A stretch of DNA of 63,063 nucleotides, the filler included, from Octopus bimaculoides (taxonomy: Eukaryota), in the NCBI RefSeq assembly GCF_001194135.2. It is 5 parts of 5 records of this genome, joined end to end, with 100 filler letters (N's around TTAATTAATTAA, not from the genome) between each part and the next. Parts side by side here need not be neighbours in the genome. Positions count along the whole stretch, not along the records: positions 60,702 to 63,063 come from NC_068987.1; 4 more parts are not named here. One strand, 5' to 3'. Position numbers and translations under genes: made by a program. The notes under the pieces were generated by a model, which was not told the origin of the DNA, ran no database searches, and worked only from the letters and a program-made list of their open reading frames with translations. This document shows, in pieces, positions 60,701 to 63,063 of this stretch (its first letter is position 1; each line of letters starts with the position of its first letter).

Positions 60701-62232
60701 NAAGGAAGAGGAGGAGGAGGAGGAGGAGGAGGAAAAGGAAGAGGAGGAAGAGGAAAAGGAAGAAGTGGTGGAGGAGGAGGATGACGACGACGGCGATGAC
60801 GACGACGACGACGACGACGACGATGATGAAGATGATGATGATGATGATGGTGATGAAGATAATAGTGGGGGTGGCGTGGGGTTTGTGACCCTATGTTATG
60901 GCTCGACCTGCAAGAAAAAGCAGGCAAAGCACTCTTGAACTATACCCTACGCATCTTAAAACATGGCACATTAGATAATGTGGTCCAAGGTATACTATGC
61001 TGGCGATAAAAAAAATGAAACGGGAATAACGTTAACTGAAATTCATTTGTTCATAGGTACACTCGATCAGATCTAGCCAGGGGCTACAAAAATATAAACA
61101 GCACCTATAGCGACGATGACAAGGATCATATTCATCTGTATCATCACCTCATTATCATCATCCTTGAAGTGGTCCTCATCGTTCTCTTCGTTATTATCCA
61201 TATCATCATCATGGTTATCGTCAGCATAGTCTCTATTACTATCCTAATTGTCACCATGATGATGAGGAGGATGAGCAGGATGAGGAGGATGAGGAGGATG
61301 AGGAGGATATCTGTTATGATGATGATGATAAGGAGGAGCTTGTATGATGATGATGATGAGGAGGAGGAGGAGGAGGAGTATATTTGTGATGATGATGATA
61401 AGGAGGAGGACGAGGAGGCGGAAGAGGTGGATGTTTGTTATGATGATGAGGAGGAGGAGAAGGATGAGGATGAGTATGTCTGTTACAATGATGATGATGA
61501 GGAGGAGGAGGAGGAGGAGTTTGTTTGTACGATGACGATGATGATGATGAGGAGGAGGAGGAGTTTGTTTGTACGATGACGATGATGAGGAGGAGGAGGA
61601 GGAGGAAGAGGAGGAGGAGGAGAAAAAGGAGTATGTTTGTTATGATGATGATAAGGAAGAGGACGAGGAAGCGGAGGAGGTGGATGTTTGTTATGATGAT
61701 GATGAAGAAGATGAGGATGAGTATGTCTGTTACAATGATGATGANNNNNNNNNNNNNNNNNNNNNNNNNNNNNNNNNNNNNNNNNNNNNNNNNNNNNNNN
61801 NNNNNNNNNNNNNNNNNNNNNNNNNNNNNNNNNNNNNNNNNNNNNNNNNNNNNNNNNNNNNNNNNNNNNNNNNNNNNNNNNNNNNNNNNNNNNNNNNNNN
61901 NNNNNNNNNNNNNNNNNNNNNNNNNNNNNNNNNNNNNNNNNNNNNNNNNNNNNNNNNNNNNNNNNNNNNNNNNNNNNNNNNNNNNNNNNNNNNNNNNNNN
62001 NTATGTTTGTTATGATCATGGTGAGGAGGAGGTTTGTTATAAAGATGATGACGATGATGATGATGATGGTGGTGGTGGTGGTGGTGGTGGTGGTGGTGGT
62101 GGTGGTGATGACGATATCATTATCACTACAAGCATCGTCTACATCATTATAACCAATATCACCATTATCATCGCCACTACCACCACCACCACATCATCGT
62201 CGTCATTGTCGTCGTTGTTGTCATCGTGGTCG

Positions 62233-62266
<34 letters not shown>

Positions 62267-62590
62267 CGTCGTCGTCTACGTCGTCGTCATCTGCGTCGTC
62301 GCGTTGTCGTCCGTCGCTGTTCTCATCATCGTCATCTTTATCATTATCATAATCATCATCATTATATTCGTAGTAATCAAACATCATTACCATCATCATC
62401 ACCATCACCGTCATCATCAGCTTTGTCTTCGCCATCTTTATATTTATCATCATCATCATCATCCTCATCCTCATCATCACCACCACCACCACCACCACAA
62501 TCATCGTCATCATCATCATCACCATCATCATCATCACCATCGGCATCATGTTTGTCATTATTACCAGTGTCGGCGTTGTCACCGTTATCA
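60701..62590. repeat. Compound trinucleotide region (GAG, GAC, GAT, GGT, TCG, CAT) with higher-order duplication
   Basis: Direct reading; ~120-bp blocks near 61378-61500 and 61629-61745 are duplicates. Confidence 0.9.
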
Positions 62591-62797
62591 CCGTCGTATC
62601 AGCAACATTATCCTCAAAACAGCGTGTAGCTAATACAACCATGCATGAAGTCTTATAATAGCTGTATAGAATCATTTCAATGGATTTGTCACTTCTCTAT
62701 ATTTTATGCTAATATCAAGATAGTTATCAGCGCCTAACATTGAATAACACATTTACATCCGATTTCACTTTCTTGCTATCATACACTAGCAAATACA

Positions 62798-62828
<31 letters not shown>

Positions 62829-63063
62829 TAATATATACAGATACATTTCTTTTATTAGCCACACAGGGCCCAACGAAGATGGGACAAATACAATGTAGAG
62901 CTTTTCTTTTTGGGAGGGGGAAGGAAGGAAAAAAGAAAAAAAAATGGTGGTGTCGATCAAAAGGGATCGTAGGAAGGGAAAAAGGGGCAGTTCGATCAAA
63001 AGGGATCGAAAAAAAAGAAAAGGAAAGGCCGATCAATAGGGATCGTGTATCACACAGTAATGT

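Overview
Eukaryotic, AT-rich, microsatellite- and transposon-dense genomic DNA from a gapped assembly. The SINE repertoire and repeat content point to an octopod cephalopod (probably Octopus; inference). Two host genes are recognisable. (1) A complete six-exon TSR3 (18S rRNA aminocarboxypropyltransferase) on the + strand, 20324-28241; all GT-AG junctions and phases are consistent, 1053 nt, 350 aa. (2) BCL7 (BAF/SWI-SNF subunit), whose unmistakable 92-nt first coding exon is on the - strand (36760-36851) while a probable last exon is on the + strand (30405-30490) across an unsized gap, most likely an inverted contig. The rest is mostly mobile DNA: several tRNA-derived SINE families; RTE, Tx1/L1, CR1/L2 and RLE-type (R4/Dong-like) LINE fragments; mariner/maT transposase pseudogenes; hAT and piggyBac-like MITEs; and Helitron/Helentron remnants. 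The standout non-coding element is a ~210-bp-arm inverted repeat at 43508-44055 whose right arm holds a minimal type I hammerhead ribozyme of the Penelope-associated, dimer-cleaving kind. Most ORFs in the supplied track are microsatellite or N-gap artefacts. Four 100-bp gaps contain an artificial TTAATTAATTAA spacer, so adjacency across them is not guaranteed.
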